Virus record (IMG/VR): IMGVR_UViG_3300043436_004687
Location: 124,001 to 188,000 of that record
DNA length: 64,000 nt
Reading direction: 5' to 3' (one strand)
Shown here: positions 63,001-64,000 of the stretch, piece after piece
How positions within the stretch are numbered: the first letter of the stretch is position 1
How the letters are laid out: each line of letters begins with the position of its first letter
Program-made: the position numbers and the translations under genes
The notes under the pieces: model-generated
Told to the model about the DNA's origin: nothing
Database searches by the model: none
The model's input: the letters and a program-made list of their open reading frames with translations, nothing else

Positions 63001-63823
63001 AGAAATCCCAGTCAAAATTCTCAGAGTTATAACCAGCTATAATATCTGGGTTTATTTCATGTACAGTGTCAAAAAATTCTTTTATTGCTTCTCTTTCACT
63101 ATCTCTTAATTCTTTACCAGCTAAACTTTTTAATCTTAATAATTGATCTTCTGTAACGCTACTGGGGTCTTTTTCAATATCGTTTAAGGCATCTTGAATG
63201 ATATCTGGTACTTTTACCTCAATAACTTTTTCAAAGCCTCTATTATCTTTCATTCCGATTTGGAATATACTATTTTGACTATGAAATAAACCAGTTGTCT
63301 CAAGGTCAAATTGAAATCTATGCAACTCATCATATTCTTCAAAACCTTTAAATAATCTTTTACCAGTTTGAATTAAAAATTGTTCTGTTGGTGAACAAGT
63401 CATAAAATATTCTTTAAAATTTTGGTCAAAAACATCTACACCACCTTCTTTAAAGAAATTTAATAAATCGGTATATGAGCCATCACATTTAGCAATGTAT
63501 TTATAACCATTCTCCATTCTTTTTGGTGTAATTCCATTATTATCAGTTTTTAAAGCTGATATCTTAACATTGAATTTTTTAGTTGCCTTTGAAATTTCAG
63601 TTCTATCACCACCATACATGATAGAAGCCATCTCATGTTTTAACCACAAAAATGGTTTATATGAAACTTTTTGTATGTATTTACCTTTAACTGGGTCATT
63701 TATTATTAATGATACAGTATTTTGAAAATATGCAGCCTCTATTGCTACAATGTATTTTTGTGGGTCTCTACCTTCTAAGAAGGCTCCGATTTCTTCCCCA
63801 CTGACTTGTTGTTTTTTACTCAT
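60014..63823 (-). CDS. family B DNA polymerase with C-terminal macrodomain-like fusion
   Basis: Exo FDLETTG, GYNSENFDW, YLIDD; Pol LDYAALYP, KILANSFFG, GDTDG; C-term EVFVFGSN...FLVTKFG...NVILP. Confidence 0.92.
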   Translation of the reverse strand: MSKKQQVSGEEIGAFLEGRDPQKYIVAIEAAYFQNTVSLIINDPVKGKYIQKVSYKPFLWLKHEMASIMYGGDRTEISKATKKFNVKISALKTDNNGITPKRMENGYKYIAKCDGSYTDLLNFFKEGGVDVFDQNFKEYFMTCSPTEQFLIQTGKRLFKGFEEYDELHRFQFDLETTGLFHSQNSIFQIGMKDNRGFEKVIEVKVPDIIQDALNDIEKDPSSVTEDQLLRLKSLAGKELRDSEREAIKEFFDTVHEINPDIIAGYNSENFDWDFFFGRGDILSLKIDEIAKTLNPKIKIHRKDAQLKLGGNVEHYKQTCIWGTNVIDVMHSVRRAQAINSDIKKAGLKYITKFSKIAKPNRIYIDGSIIHKTWADRKNKYYLNDSNGDWFKYDETNQEHIDKISNLEETNRYIETTGDEIVRRYLIDDLWETEQVDARFNQATFLLGKLIPTSYMRSSTMGTAGIWKLIMMAWSYENNLAIPELQSQETFPGGLSRLLEVGYAKNVGKLDYAALYPKEQLTHDIFPEHDISGVMMGLLNYIVETRDSSKELKGIHEENAEALEKEIIENKEIYSPTKIKNLETKRQIELGLADKFDKKQLPVKILANSFFGSFGAPHLFPWGDIDCAAEITCRGRQYLRLMVKNFYNNHKMRPLVGDTDGYNFNLPDSLEEFKYTPKGTHSLTKKYKGIEINGLNAAVAKFNEELMFGKMGLDIDAKYTSTINFARKNYANNLNGKIKLVGNTIKSKKMPIYIEEFLDKGIKMLLDGDGYEFIETYHKTVQTIINYQVPLVKIASKSSIRKTISAYKAGFSKKNKAGNPMPRQAHMELALKEGLELNLGDIIYYVNTGTLKTQGDIKTIKKAGGGVEVELMCKLIPTEQIENNPNLTTDEYNAPKYLAAFNKRIKPLLVCFTPEIRNRILIDYKKNSKTKEMELMDREFFTRKECELCSGQPFLESDQDTYEALMTFEDKELAFWTRVNKVPNNIDENEWEIIKSEYLERVAKDRIEGIANEKLLIDDRIKRLELSDINDFRNHGVLPKSLSMLLSTETINDELLLISDKYGKDIIYSLTDLFLYENDAIERDEFYMSNSTEKLTYEDWLKTKDIVNEENIEPIILTKNTYFENYKEYTSQKITYLEENEVFVFGSNPLGINGNPEKYPNMSASVATANGWVEQGEIMDNRLSNCGKAWGITTVTSPGAKLSKTPNEIGKGIQDMVLYAKKHPHLKFLVTKFGTENAGHSIDTIKGLFEKLKKFIPDNVILPKEFEVRD

Positions 63824-63852
63824 TTTTAGTTATTAATTTAATTATATTTTTG

Positions 63853-63884
63853 CAAATATATTCTGTTTTACAATAGTTTCCAAA
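63853..63884 (-). promoter_or_regulatory. Bacteroidota primary-sigma type promoter upstream of DNA polymerase
   Basis: TTTG-N20-TATATTTG. Confidence 0.72.
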
Positions 63885-63949
63885 TTAAAAGGGTTTTTTA
63901 ATTTTATTCTTATATTTATTTGTAATACAAATCATTAAAAAGTATTACA

Positions 63950-64000
63950 ATGACAATAGATGAATTTATGACAACCCATCGTTATGGGTATAATATAGTT
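63950..64000 (+). CDS. start of a gene running off the window
   Basis: ATG 63950, MTIDEFMTTHRYGYNIV..., preceded by TATTTAT at 63913. Confidence 0.45.
   Translation, partial: MTIDEFMTTHRYGYNIV

Overview
Very AT-rich, gene-dense segment of a large contractile-tailed phage (T4-like morphogenesis and replication modules), almost all on the minus strand. Four TTG-N19/20-TATATTTG promoters and SprB-like repeats point to a Bacteroidota host. The window holds a partial primase, RuvC-like resolvase, baseplate/tail genes, class Ia RNR, DnaB-like helicase, 5'-3' exonuclease, RecA/UvsX, gp32-like SSB, lysozyme, tape measure, tail tube/sheath/fibre, neck proteins, SNF2 helicase, glutaredoxin and a family B DNA polymerase. 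Most notable: (1) an integron-like attC hairpin with two cassette-like small genes at 489-1086, one starting inside the attC; (2) nrdA fractured by a naturally split intein next to the radical cysteine, with a free-standing GIY-YIG endonuclease between the halves that has a start-proximal hairpin, a mini leader ORF and flanking direct repeats; (3) DNA polymerase fused to a C-terminal macrodomain-like module; (4) 33 consecutive TAA codons after a frameshifted tail-fibre gene; (5) a likely +1/-2 frameshift in the tail chaperone; (6) a recurrent TATTTATA candidate late promoter. All calls come from motif recognition by eye; no database searches were run.
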